Positions 30,511 through 40,353 of a stretch of DNA of 64,000 nucleotides are shown one piece after another (the first letter of the stretch is position 1; every line of letters begins with the position of its first letter). Where the stretch lies: the NCBI GenBank assembly GCA_965214405.1, contig OZ243956.1:3008001-3072000 (forward strand), written 5' to 3'. The position numbers and the translations under genes were made by a program. The stretch comes from Trueperaceae bacterium. Lineage in GTDB: Bacteria > Deinococcota > Deinococci > Deinococcales > Trueperaceae. The notes beneath the pieces were generated by a model. It did not search any database. It saw only the letters and a program-made list of their open reading frames with translations, and had not been told where the DNA came from.

Positions 30511-31896
30511 TCAGGGCTGGATAATGCCGCCCTCTTCAAAGATGTCGACGATCTTTTGGTGCGCGTCGCGCACGGCTTCCTCGGCGCTCATCCGGCCCGT
30601 GGTCACGTTCGACATCATCTGGCTGGGGATGGCGGCGGCCATCACCGCGTCGATGGCGGCGCTCGGCTCGGCGGGATACGAGATGCCGTCATAATCGACC
30701 GGGTTGAAGATGATTTCTTCGGTAACCGCGAAGTTCGGGTCGGTCTCGACCAAATCCTCCGTCCAGAGGTTTTGGTAAGCGGGCAGGAACAGGCCGCCGC
30801 CGAGCTGAACCATCGGCACGAAGTTCTGGGGCTCGAGCAGCGTCAGAATAAGCTCTTTGGCGGCGTCGACATTTTGAGAACCTTTGAAGATGGTGAGCCA
30901 GCCGTTCGCGCCGGTTTCTAAGACCGTGTCCCCGTCAACCATCTTGGGCTTGTGCAGCACGGCGGTATTCTCGTAAATCGGGCTGCCGTCGGCCTTGGCC
31001 TTGGCGTACACGCTAAAGGCGTTCGCGGTCAGCGCGACGGTCCCGGCCAGATACGCCTCGTTGTTGCTCACGTCCGTCCAGCTCTCAATGCCGGGCGGCA
31101 ACATCGGCCTGTACTTCTCGCTCGTGTAGGTTTCTTCCAACCACTGCACCGCCGCGACCGTCTCGGGCGAGTCGAAGACGACGACCTGACCGGATTCGTC
31201 GGTGATGGAGCCGCCGTAAGCCTGAATCACGTCCATGATAAAGCCGTGCCCGTCGCCGCTGCGGTTGACGGTTAAGCCCCAGCCCCACATGTTGTTGGCG
31301 GGGTCGGAAACCGCCAAAGCCGCCTCGCGCCGCGCGTCCCAGGTGTCGAGCGTCGCCACGTCGATGCCCGCCGCTTCGAACACGTCTTTGCGCGCGAACC
31401 AGGCCCCGGTGTTGCTCATAAAGGGCACCGCCCACCAGCTTCCGTCTATCTGGGCATTTTTCGCCGCCGAACTCGGCACGACCTCGCCGTACATGGCGGT
31501 GGCCTGCTCGACCACGTCGCTCACATCTTCGACCAAGCCCAGCGCGTGCAACTGCGGGATGCTGAGGGTGTGGTAGGCCAGATCGGGCGCGTTCCCCGCC
31601 TGCACGGCGGCGAGCATCTTGGCGGTAAAGTCGCCGAACTGCTCGGGGTTGGCCGTCGAAATGTCGAGTTCGATGCCCCGTTGCTGCGAAAAATCTTCGA
31701 CCGTGGCGCGGAACAGATTCTGAACCTCTTCAAAGTATTCGGTCCGGTGGATGACGGTGAGCTTGCCCGCTGCCCCCGTGGGCAGGGCCAAATCCTCCTG
31801 CGCGAGGACAAAAACGTTGCCCCCGGACACAACCAAGACGGCACCCGTACCCGCGGCGGCTCGAAGGAATTTTCTGCGACTGATGGATTTGGTCAT
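30511..31896 (-). CDS. Sugar ABC transporter substrate-binding protein, Tat signal
   Basis: SRRKFL twin-arginine motif; family-1 SBP size; context. Confidence 0.9.
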   Translation of the reverse strand: MTKSISRRKFLRAAAGTGAVLVVSGGNVFVLAQEDLALPTGAAGKLTVIHRTEYFEEVQNLFRATVEDFSQQRGIELDISTANPEQFGDFTAKMLAAVQAGNAPDLAYHTLSIPQLHALGLVEDVSDVVEQATAMYGEVVPSSAAKNAQIDGSWWAVPFMSNTGAWFARKDVFEAAGIDVATLDTWDARREAALAVSDPANNMWGWGLTVNRSGDGHGFIMDVIQAYGGSITDESGQVVVFDSPETVAAVQWLEETYTSEKYRPMLPPGIESWTDVSNNEAYLAGTVALTANAFSVYAKAKADGSPIYENTAVLHKPKMVDGDTVLETGANGWLTIFKGSQNVDAAKELILTLLEPQNFVPMVQLGGGLFLPAYQNLWTEDLVETDPNFAVTEEIIFNPVDYDGISYPAEPSAAIDAVMAAAIPSQMMSNVTTGRMSAEEAVRDAHQKIVDIFEEGGIIQP

Positions 31897-32309
31897 AACG
31901 TTTCCTTTCCTAAAAAAGACGTAAAAGGGTTTGGGCGGGGGTTACGCGCGTAACGTTCGCGCTTCTACACGCTTCTCTGCACGCTATGGTCGTGTCGACA
32001 TCATGACCTCCCTAAACTACTTAGTTAGCCAAGTCTAAAGGGGTACTTCTGCGAGAAGAACCACCCAGGTGTGAATACTCAGCACGAATACTCGGACCAG
32101 ATATCTGTCTAAAAATTATTCTTGAGAGATAGTATAAACAAAAAAGCTTTCCAAAGTCTATAGCAGGATTTCTCACCATTTCTCACACCCACGCAATCCC
32201 TCCAGTAGTCCCCCACAACCCCTTGGTCATGGCAGCCGTGAGTCGTAACGAGGCGCGGCAACATCACCCTGCGGCGAAGAAGCTTGACAACACGCGCTCA
32301 AGAGTTAGG

Positions 32310-33569
32310 ATGATGCCCGTGTATGCACGTGGGTTGGGTGAACCCAACCGCAACTTCTGGCTGGGCGTCTATAACGGCGTTCTCGTGAACGGGGCCGAGG
32401 CGTTCTTTCATAGCAGCCTGGTTCTGGCTCCCTTTTTGGCCCAGTTGGGCGCGCCCGCGGCGGTTATCGGCCTTATCCCCGCGCTCAGGGTGGGGGGCTG
32501 GCTGTTGCCGCAGCTTTTTGTGGCGAGCCGCCTCGCGCACCAGCCTTTTAAGCTGCCCTGGTACCGGCGCGTGTCGCTCTTGCGTTTTGCCGCGTTTGCG
32601 GGAATGACGCTCTCTGTTTTCCTCCTGCGCGGGCAGCCTCAGTTCATCGTCCCGGTGGTGCTTGCGATGCTCGCGCTCAACGCGGTGGGGAGCGGGGTCT
32701 CGGGCGTGTCGTTCGCCGACGTGACCGCCAAGGTGGTGCCGCACTATCGGCTCGGCACCTTTTGGGCCTTGAGAAACGCGGTCGGCGGGCTTCTGGCGCT
32801 TCTTTCGGGATTGGTGCTGCGGCGGGTGCTGGCGAGCGACTTGGCGTTTCCGGTCAACTTCGGGGTTCTGTTTCTCGTGGGGACGACCCTGACCGGGTTC
32901 GCCTATCTCTCGTTCAGCCTCATCCGCGAACCCGCGGGCAAGCCCGCGCTCAAGGAGCCCTTTCGTCACATGCTGGGCCGCATCCCCGAGATTTTGCGCG
33001 AGGACGTGAGCTTCCGGCGCTACATGAGGGTGCGCTTTCTGGCGCTTTTGGCGCTTCTCGCCGAGCCCTTTTACGCGGTGTACGCGTTGCGGGTGCTTCA
33101 GGTCCCGCCAAGCGTCCTGGGCATATTTGTCATCCTGGCGACGAGCGCGTCGATTACGGCAAACTTTCTTTTCCGCAGGACCGCCAACCGGGGCGGGAGC
33201 GTGACGATTTTTCAGCTCAGCGTCGGGCTCTTGCTCGCGGCTCCGCTGGTGGCGCTTTTGGCCCCCTCCTGGCACGTGTTCGCGCTCGTGTTTATGCTCT
33301 CGGCGGCGGGCAATACGGGGGTGGGGACGGCGGCCTGGAACCTCCTCTACGCGGTTTCGCCCGAGCGGGAGCGGCTGCTTTATGTGGGCACGGCCAACAG
33401 CCTCTTGTCGCTGCCGAGTTTCGCGCCCATTCTGGCGGGTGGGCTGCTGGGCTGGCTGGGATTTTTGCCCCTGTTTGGGCTGGCGGCCCTCTGCGCCCTC
33501 TCGAGCCTCGCGTTCGCCTTCCGTTTTCGTGAGTTGCGCGCGCGCGACCGTGCGCTGGTAGGGCATTAG
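32310..33569 (+). CDS. MFS transporter (start uncertain, possibly leaderless at 32319)
   Basis: About 12 TM helices; TTGACA-N16-TAGGAT at 32284-32311. Confidence 0.85.
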   Translation: MMPVYARGLGEPNRNFWLGVYNGVLVNGAEAFFHSSLVLAPFLAQLGAPAAVIGLIPALRVGGWLLPQLFVASRLAHQPFKLPWYRRVSLLRFAAFAGMTLSVFLLRGQPQFIVPVVLAMLALNAVGSGVSGVSFADVTAKVVPHYRLGTFWALRNAVGGLLALLSGLVLRRVLASDLAFPVNFGVLFLVGTTLTGFAYLSFSLIREPAGKPALKEPFRHMLGRIPEILREDVSFRRYMRVRFLALLALLAEPFYAVYALRVLQVPPSVLGIFVILATSASITANFLFRRTANRGGSVTIFQLSVGLLLAAPLVALLAPSWHVFALVFMLSAAGNTGVGTAAWNLLYAVSPERERLLYVGTANSLLSLPSFAPILAGGLLGWLGFLPLFGLAALCALSSLAFAFRFRELRARDRALVGH

Positions 33570-33712
33570 GAGTGCGAACGAGACAGGAGCTACATCATGG
33601 GTGTGACTGACGGTGCTCGAGAGCGTGCCGAGGTGGTGGGTGGCGCTCGAGCACGGCTCTGGCGCGGCAAATGAACAAAGCGCGTGCTTAGCTGGTAACG
33701 CGTTACTGCCTC

Positions 33713-34780
33713 TTACAACGCCTCTACCACAAGGTCGTGAAGATCCCACGCCAACGCGCCCGCGCACCCGCTCCTGTTGCCGAGAATCACGACGTCCACG
33801 TTCTTTTGTGGATAATGGTAGAAACGGCAGCTCACCCCGTCCTCTTCACCCGTGTGCCCCCAGCGCACGACCTGCTTAGACGCGTCCAGCAAGAAAAAGA
33901 GGCCGTAGCCGTACATCCAGGTGTAGCCCCTAAACGGTTCGTCATCTTCCAACACCTTAGGCGTCAGCATCTCCCGCGTCATCTCAGGGGACAACAGCCG
34001 CCCGTCACGAAGCGCCCCGGCAAAGCAGCTCAGGTCGTCAACCGTCGAACCCGCCCCGCCGTCCGCGGCCCCGACCGGCGTCGCCGCGTAGATGTTCTTT
34101 TTCCAGCCGGTGACGGCGTCATCGTCGGTGATGGGGACGTAGCCCTCGGCCACCTTGGCGTCAACGCCCTCGAGCGCCGGAAAACCCGACCGCGTCATCT
34201 GCGCGCGTCCGAAAACGTGTTGCCGCACGTAGTCGAAGTAGGGGAGCCCGGAAACCTTTTCAATCATCAGGCCCAGCAAGATGTAGCCCGCGTTGTTGTA
34301 CCCGTGTTTCTCCCCGACGGGTGCTAACGGGGGCTCGTTTACAAAAAGGGGCAGGTAATCTTCATGACGCCGGAACGCGTAGAGGGGATGCTCGAGGCGC
34401 AGCGCGGCCCAGTTCGCTTCCCAGTCGCCCGACTCGTCAAACCAGTCGGCGATGCCGGAGGTCATGGTGAGCAGGTGGTAAACGGTGACCTCTTTTGGAA
34501 CCCTGGTGTCTTCTAAGCCGAGGCGGGTGACGACGGGGGTGGTGAGCTCGAGCCCTCCCGCCTCCACAAGTTGCAACACGGCCACCGCGGTAAACATCTT
34601 GGACACCGAGGCGACGCGGAAGCGGGTGTTGGTTTGGTTTTTTACGCGCCAGGACCTGTTGGCGTAGCCGTAGGCGGCCTTGAACAGCTCCTCCCCTTGC
34701 TTGATAAGCACGGCCCCGGAAAACGCGTGCTGGCGGCTCTTGTCGGCTAACACTTGCGCGACTCGGTCTGTAAAGGCCAT
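33713..34780 (-). CDS. Serine hydrolase, beta-lactamase class C-like
   Basis: SVSK (SxxK), YNN (YxN), GHTG. Confidence 0.92.
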   Translation of the reverse strand: MAFTDRVAQVLADKSRQHAFSGAVLIKQGEELFKAAYGYANRSWRVKNQTNTRFRVASVSKMFTAVAVLQLVEAGGLELTTPVVTRLGLEDTRVPKEVTVYHLLTMTSGIADWFDESGDWEANWAALRLEHPLYAFRRHEDYLPLFVNEPPLAPVGEKHGYNNAGYILLGLMIEKVSGLPYFDYVRQHVFGRAQMTRSGFPALEGVDAKVAEGYVPITDDDAVTGWKKNIYAATPVGAADGGAGSTVDDLSCFAGALRDGRLLSPEMTREMLTPKVLEDDEPFRGYTWMYGYGLFFLLDASKQVVRWGHTGEEDGVSCRFYHYPQKNVDVVILGNRSGCAGALAWDLHDLVVEAL

Positions 34781-34883
34781 ACCCAGCCTCCTTTCTACGG
34801 CTTGTGCTGATATGTTCAACCCATCAACTGACTATGACCATTGATTTAGAGGATCTTTAAGAAATCGGCTTGCGTCTACTGAA

Positions 34884-34981
34884 GCCCCCTTAATAAGGGG
34901 GTTTGGGGGATTTCCTCGACCGACCTGCCGCAGAGTTAGTCACAAAAGCAAATCCCCCTCAGTCCCCCTTGTTGAGGGGGA
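34884..34981. repeat. Inverted pair of REP-like hairpin repeats
   Basis: GCCCCCTTAATAAGGGGGTTTGGGGGATTT and AAATCCCCCTCAGTCCCCCTTGTTGAGGGGGA. Confidence 0.7.
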
Positions 34982-34994
34982 GGCAAAAACATTT

Positions 34995-36434
34995 TCAGGG
35001 CCTGCAATACGTCTGGACCGCTTCTTTCAGAGGTAGGTTCAGAGTGAGCTGGGGACCGTTGGGGTCGTAAAAGGCGAGCAGCGTGTTCCGGTTGCCGGGG
35101 GCCAAGCAGCGCGTGTTCATGCTGCTGTAGTCGAACGCGGTGAACACGCTCAGGGCGGGCGCGGCGAAAGACGTACCGGCGACACTCACCTGGGAGTAAG
35201 TCTCCCAATCACCCGCGGCTTCATTAAAGAACGACAGCGCGACGAAGCCGCCCGGCAGCAGCACCTCGCCGGTATTGGAGTAGCGCGTGTCTAGCGCGTC
35301 CGGGCTGCTCACGTCCGCCGCGCTCGTGCTGACGATTTCGGGCCAGAGGCCGGGGTAGAGCGAATAGCCGAGCCGGTAGTTGCCCGCCGCCGCCAAGTAG
35401 GTGATGGCGACAGGCCCGCTCGCAGGTTGGCCCACGTCGATGTTATCCACGAAGTTGCTCTGCGCGAGTTGTCTGAGCGGGTCGAAGCCCACGGCGGAAG
35501 TCACCACCCGCGCAAGTTCCGCCCGGAACCTCGCCACGTCGTACCCGTTCGCCCTCAGCACCTCCTCCTGATAGCCTTCAAACGTCAGCGTCGGCTGTTC
35601 GGCCCTGACTGCCTCAAAGTCTCTAAGGACGCTGCACGGGACGAGGCCGAAGCTGAAGTTCACGGCGAAGCGCTCCGTCCCGCTGAACGCGAGGTCCTGG
35701 ACCGCCGCGGCGACGCGGGCCGCGATGACCTCGGTGCTAAAGCCCTCGGTGTCCACGGCGGCCACGGTGGGCAGGTCGGGGCGGTCGGGGAACCGGGCGA
35801 TGGTCATGACGAAAGGCTCGAAGTCGTCGCTAAAGCCGAACGCGCCAAAGGTCAGGTTCACGCGCTCGAGGACGGGACCCTCTTCTAAGTTGCTGACGAG
35901 CGCCAGAGTGTGATTGAAGACGAGCGCCCCGTGCGACACCTGCCCGGCGGCCTCTAAAGCGTTCAGCAGCGGCTCCTGCTCGAGCGCCCGCTGTTGGGCC
36001 GTCGCGCCAGGGTCTAAGCGCGTAGGCAGGTCGCCGAGCTTGTCCCCGCCTCTCTGGTCGGGGAAGAACACGCCGGGGGTGCTCAGGCCCGCGCCGTTAA
36101 AGTCGTCCACCACCAGGATGGCGGTCGGGACGGCGGCGCTGGGTCGCGCCACGGCCTCTAAACCCGTGCGGATAGCTTGCGCGTCGCCTAATGCGGTGCT
36201 GGGGAAGGGAGAGACGGCCAGACCGCCGATGCCCCCCATCACGCGCAGTCCCTCTCCGGGGATCTCAAACTCGTTGGTGGGGCAGTTGCCTGTAGACTCG
36301 TCTACCAGCGTGTTGCCTTCAAGCTTCACGGGCGTGAGCGAATCCGGGTCGAAGGCGATAGGGGGCGTATTGGTACAGCAGGCGGCGAGTAGAAGGCCAA
36401 GGGCGAACGGGCTGAGTAGCAGACTACACTTCAT
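34995..36434 (-). CDS. Divergent S8 (subtilase) family lipoprotein
   Basis: Lipobox LLAAC; ILVVDDF, SHGALV, AAAGN, GTSFAAP. Confidence 0.8.
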   Translation of the reverse strand: MKCSLLLSPFALGLLLAACCTNTPPIAFDPDSLTPVKLEGNTLVDESTGNCPTNEFEIPGEGLRVMGGIGGLAVSPFPSTALGDAQAIRTGLEAVARPSAAVPTAILVVDDFNGAGLSTPGVFFPDQRGGDKLGDLPTRLDPGATAQQRALEQEPLLNALEAAGQVSHGALVFNHTLALVSNLEEGPVLERVNLTFGAFGFSDDFEPFVMTIARFPDRPDLPTVAAVDTEGFSTEVIAARVAAAVQDLAFSGTERFAVNFSFGLVPCSVLRDFEAVRAEQPTLTFEGYQEEVLRANGYDVARFRAELARVVTSAVGFDPLRQLAQSNFVDNIDVGQPASGPVAITYLAAAGNYRLGYSLYPGLWPEIVSTSAADVSSPDALDTRYSNTGEVLLPGGFVALSFFNEAAGDWETYSQVSVAGTSFAAPALSVFTAFDYSSMNTRCLAPGNRNTLLAFYDPNGPQLTLNLPLKEAVQTYCRP

Positions 36435-36460
36435 GAATAATCCCTCCTATACATCCCTTT

Positions 36461-36492
36461 TGTCTACCGCTTGAGCGTCAATTAAGCGTGAA
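36461..36492 (-). promoter_or_regulatory. SARP-type heptamer repeat promoter
   Basis: Minus strand TTCACGC-N4-TTGACGC-N8-TAGACA, then AGGAGG and ATG. Confidence 0.6.
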
Positions 36493-36496
36493 TTCC

Positions 36497-39163
36497 TTAA
36501 ACCTCAGTTGCGTGTGATTCCGTTGAGTTCGTAGTTAACAGCTTACGGACCTGTTCCACTTCGGCGTGTGCGTGATTGGCTTCATACAGCTCGAGTGCTT
36601 CTCCAAGGTAGGCTTCGGCCTTGTGCTGCTCGCCAACATCAAGGTGCATCTCGCCCAGCTCGTGCAGCGCATAGGCTTGCCATATTTGGTTATTTCGGTC
36701 TTCGGCCAAGCGTAAGGCTTCTTCCCGAACGGATACGGCTTCTCCATATTTACCAAGCTTTCGCTTCGCTTCGCCCAAATTTAGTAGTGTGAAGAATAGA
36801 AGGTCGTCGGCGCGGCCCTGGTCGGCCTTGGGGTCATCGCGTAGCTTGTGCGCTAACTCAACCGCCTCGGCGTTTAGGCGCTCCACCATCCGCCAGTTAC
36901 CGTGAACACCCGCGACATAACCTCTATGCTGCAACACCTGCCCCAAGGCAACACTGTTATCAGATTCCACTGCTAGTTGGTAAGCCTGCTCGAAATCCAC
37001 ATCTGAGGAGAGACCCAGCTCATGACGTTCAATGGCACACAAACTCAGGAGGGTGGCCTCACGCGCTTTTTGCTTCGTAAGACGGGCGAGGTTTGTTGCC
37101 TCTATGTATGCGTCTAGCGCTTTACTATGCTGGTGATATTGAACACGGCGTGCATCACCGAGTTTGGTTGAGAAGTGGTGCGCCCGCTCAAGCTGCCCCA
37201 ACTCCTTCGCCCACCTCACCGCCACCTCCAACAAACTGAGCGACCGCGGCATGTGCCCCCTCGCGGAAAAGTACGCCTCGCCAATCACAAGCTCCGCCAT
37301 CACGTCCACCAGCACCCCCCGCTCCTCCGCCTCCTGCGCCGCCCCGAGCGCCCCGACGATGTTGCCGATGTCGGCCTCGAGCCTCTCAAAATCTTTTTTA
37401 GCCACGGCGACAAAGTCGCGGCAGGCCCGGACCACCGTCTGCGCCCTTACCGTCGTGTTTTGCCTCGCAAAGCTGTGCGAGAGGTCGTGCAGCGTGTAGC
37501 GCACGAGGTCGCTGCCGGGGCTCGCCGCGCGTTCGGCGAGGGCGCGGGTGTGGAGCTCGATGAGCGCGGCCTCGGTGCCCTCCACGTCGCGGCGCAGGGC
37601 GCGGGCCAGAAGCGGGGCGGTGACCGTCCCGGAGGCGAGCGCGCCGACGGCCAAAAATGCGTCGTAGGCGTTGTCGCTCAGCGCTTCCAAACTCGCTTGC
37701 AAGAGGGCGCTCACGCTCTCGCGGCCCTCCTCGCGCCAGCCTCGGGGGGTTTGCAGGGTGTGGGGCGCGTTGGCAAGCTGGGCGAGGAGCTGCTGCGGGC
37801 TGAGCTTGTCGTGTCTGAGCTTCGCCCCGGCCAGGCGCAGGGCAAAGGGATGGTCGCCCAGCACGTCGCAGACGCGGTCGGCTTCATCGTCGGCAAACTC
37901 GCGCTCGGTTCCAAAGGCGAGGAGTTGCCGCGCGTCGGGACGCTCGAGCCTCCCCACATCCAAGCGCGTAAGCCCCTTAATGCGTTGCCGCGCGGTGACG
38001 ACCAGGGGGAGCGTGTCGGGCAAGCGCCCCTGGAGGTCGCGCACCGCGGCCTCGTTCCAGGCGTCGTCTAGGACAAAAAGCGCGACGGGGTTGCGCTCGA
38101 GCGCCCTTTCTAGGCTTCCGGGCTGCGCGGCGGCCCCCTGGACGCCCAGCGCCTGCCCCGCCGCCTCAACGAGTTCGGCGGCGGTGGCGAGCCCCGCCTG
38201 GAGCCACAGCACTTTTCCCTCGACCTTTTCCCCGGCGGTTCCCTCGGCTTTTCCCTCGACTTTCCCACCGGCGAGCCAGCTTACGGCGAGTTCGGCGGCC
38301 AGCGCCGTTTTGCCCACGCCGCCGAAGCCGTGGAGCAGTACCGGGCGCTCGCGCACCTCGGTATCGAGCCGCTCGAGCAGCGCCTCACGTCCGAAGAGCT
38401 GCGCCGCGCGCCCGGCAACCTTGTCGCCGGGTCCCAGCAGAATCCCCCTCGCGCCGCCCCCGTCCATCCCCAGAAGCTCGCGCCGCACCTTGAGCGTTTC
38501 CGCGTCGGGTTCGCCGCCGAGGTCTAGGAGCGCGGCGCGGCAGCGGTCAAACGCACGCTGCACGTTTTCCGGGTGGCCGCTGTCGTGCTCGAGCCGCATC
38601 AGCAGCCGGACCGCGGCCTCGTCCAAGGGATTACGCACGGTGAGCGCTTCCGCGTACACCCTGGCGCGCTCAAACCTGCCCCGTCCGCGTAAATCTCGAG
38701 CCGCCCCCGACAAGGTTTCGTCGACAAGCGCCGCGATTCGCCGCCGCCCCTCCTCGAGCCACTCGCTGTAGGTGGGCGTGGGCGCTCTCAGCCCAAAAAG
38801 GAGTTCGCCCGCGTCGGTGCCAAGACACGCGTCCAGTAGGGTCAAGACCTCGTCGGAAGCGTGCTCAGCGCCGCGCGCGTGCTCGAGCCTCGCCACGTCG
38901 CTCTGCGCGGCAATCTCGATAAATTCACCGTCTTTCAACCAGACGTCCGCGCCGGGAAGCCCCCGCAGCTTGTAAAGCGCGGTCCGCAGGTTGCCGCCCC
39001 GTCCCGGCCCCCAGAGGACGTCGGTGAGTTCGCCCCGGGTGCAGGGCCGACCCTGGAGCGCCACGAAACAGAGGAGCGCCACGTGCTTGCCTTGCAGTTC
39101 CAGCGCCTCGCCCCGGTAGCTCACGCGGGGGGCACCCAAGAGGACGAGCTCGAGGTTGTCCAT
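36497..39163 (-). CDS. SARP/BTAD - NB-ARC (STAND) - TPR transcriptional activator (AfsR-like)
   Basis: LLGAP..LW..NLRTALYKLR, NPLDEAA BTAD, GFGGVGKT Walker A, VLDD Walker B, C-terminal TPRs. Confidence 0.92.
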   Translation of the reverse strand: MDNLELVLLGAPRVSYRGEALELQGKHVALLCFVALQGRPCTRGELTDVLWGPGRGGNLRTALYKLRGLPGADVWLKDGEFIEIAAQSDVARLEHARGAEHASDEVLTLLDACLGTDAGELLFGLRAPTPTYSEWLEEGRRRIAALVDETLSGAARDLRGRGRFERARVYAEALTVRNPLDEAAVRLLMRLEHDSGHPENVQRAFDRCRAALLDLGGEPDAETLKVRRELLGMDGGGARGILLGPGDKVAGRAAQLFGREALLERLDTEVRERPVLLHGFGGVGKTALAAELAVSWLAGGKVEGKAEGTAGEKVEGKVLWLQAGLATAAELVEAAGQALGVQGAAAQPGSLERALERNPVALFVLDDAWNEAAVRDLQGRLPDTLPLVVTARQRIKGLTRLDVGRLERPDARQLLAFGTEREFADDEADRVCDVLGDHPFALRLAGAKLRHDKLSPQQLLAQLANAPHTLQTPRGWREEGRESVSALLQASLEALSDNAYDAFLAVGALASGTVTAPLLARALRRDVEGTEAALIELHTRALAERAASPGSDLVRYTLHDLSHSFARQNTTVRAQTVVRACRDFVAVAKKDFERLEADIGNIVGALGAAQEAEERGVLVDVMAELVIGEAYFSARGHMPRSLSLLEVAVRWAKELGQLERAHHFSTKLGDARRVQYHQHSKALDAYIEATNLARLTKQKAREATLLSLCAIERHELGLSSDVDFEQAYQLAVESDNSVALGQVLQHRGYVAGVHGNWRMVERLNAEAVELAHKLRDDPKADQGRADDLLFFTLLNLGEAKRKLGKYGEAVSVREEALRLAEDRNNQIWQAYALHELGEMHLDVGEQHKAEAYLGEALELYEANHAHAEVEQVRKLLTTNSTESHATEV

Positions 39164-39221
39164 GCCCCATTATGCACGAAACTTAAGCTTCCACATAATT
39201 TTTTCATGATCCGCCCATTTG

Positions 39222-39253
39222 TTGACGCGCAGTTCACGGCGGCGCGGCACACT
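39222..39253 (+). promoter_or_regulatory. SARP-type heptamer repeat promoter
   Basis: TTGACGC-N4-TTCACGG-N8-CACACT. Confidence 0.6.
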
Positions 39254-39408
39254 GACCGCAGCAAGAAAGGAGGAGCCGATGCAGCTAGCGCAGTAGAGGA
39301 GCCGCGTGAGGATGGGTTTATAAAGGGCGCGTTTTGGTGAACCTGTAAACCCCTCTTCAGAAAGACGAAAGAAGAGCACACGTTGCAGCACACCTTGAGG
39401 AGGAAAGC

Positions 39409-40353
39409 ATGAGAAAGTTTTTCGGGATGACAAGTTTACTTCTGGCGGCGCTTTTGGGCGCTTGCGGTCAGCAGCAGGCGACCGCACCCCTAGAAACAGC
39501 GGGTACCGAGGACATAGCCCTCATCACCGACAGTCCCCATCTGGCGGACGCGCTCGAGAGGGCCGGTTTCGACGCCCGCTCGGTTGAACCCGACGCGTTG
39601 GGAAAGAGCTTTGAGGCGTACCGGGGCGGCTTAGTGTCTTATACCCCGCCACCCGACGACGCTCTCACCATCGACCCCGCGCGGTTGAAAGAGCTGCTGA
39701 GGTGGTCGTGGTGCGACCCGACGTTTTGTGATCCGCCGGAACCCATCATCGGTTGGAGCTTCACGGGCGTTTACATGACCCCCAAGCTGGCCGCCACGCT
39801 TCTCAGCCACGACCTGCGCCCCCGTGAGCTTGCGACATATTCCGGGGCGAAGCTGGCCGAGGTGCTGGCGCGGTTCGGCGTCCGCATCACCCACCGCATC
39901 TGCGACGGGCTGACCGGCGAATGTTTTGACGTCGAGGTTCCCGCCGAGCCGGAGCCCACACCCTGCCCCATATGCGAAAACGTCGGCCGCTACTTCGAGC
40001 TGGAGGCGCACCAGGCCCGGTCGCTCGAGGAGGCCGACCTCGTTATCGTCGACAGCCCGGCGCTGCTGGAGGTTGAAGCGGAGCTGGGCGAGCTTATCCA
40101 GCTCCGAGGGGCGGGACTCGAGCCCGTCATCAAGGGTGTCGGCCTGGCGGTCCACGCCGAAGCGGGCGAGGCGCGCGCTGTGGCGCTGGCCGAGGCGCTT
40201 GTTAGCGCCGAGGCGCAGCTCTCGCTCTACAACCACGCCGACCTTTTGCCCGTGGTGCCGGAACTTCTGGATGAGCTTGCGCAGGGGAGCTTTGGGGACC
40301 ACGTGAGGGGGGCGCTCGAGTTTAGCGGGCGGCCTCTGCCTCATCCCTTCTAA
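39409..40353 (+). CDS. Hypothetical Cys-containing lipoprotein
   Basis: GAGGAGG RBS, lipobox LLGAC; pairs CDPTFC, CDGLTGEC, CPIC. Confidence 0.7.
   Translation: MRKFFGMTSLLLAALLGACGQQQATAPLETAGTEDIALITDSPHLADALERAGFDARSVEPDALGKSFEAYRGGLVSYTPPPDDALTIDPARLKELLRWSWCDPTFCDPPEPIIGWSFTGVYMTPKLAATLLSHDLRPRELATYSGAKLAEVLARFGVRITHRICDGLTGECFDVEVPAEPEPTPCPICENVGRYFELEAHQARSLEEADLVIVDSPALLEVEAELGELIQLRGAGLEPVIKGVGLAVHAEAGEARAVALAEALVSAEAQLSLYNHADLLPVVPELLDELAQGSFGDHVRGALEFSGRPLPHPF

Noticed and set aside
32298..33767. 489-aa minus-strand ORF
   Set aside because: Antisense shadow of the MFS gene; Arg/Gln-rich with no motifs
37671..38771. 366-aa plus-strand ORF
   Set aside because: Antisense shadow of the SARP-NB-ARC gene in high-GC DNA
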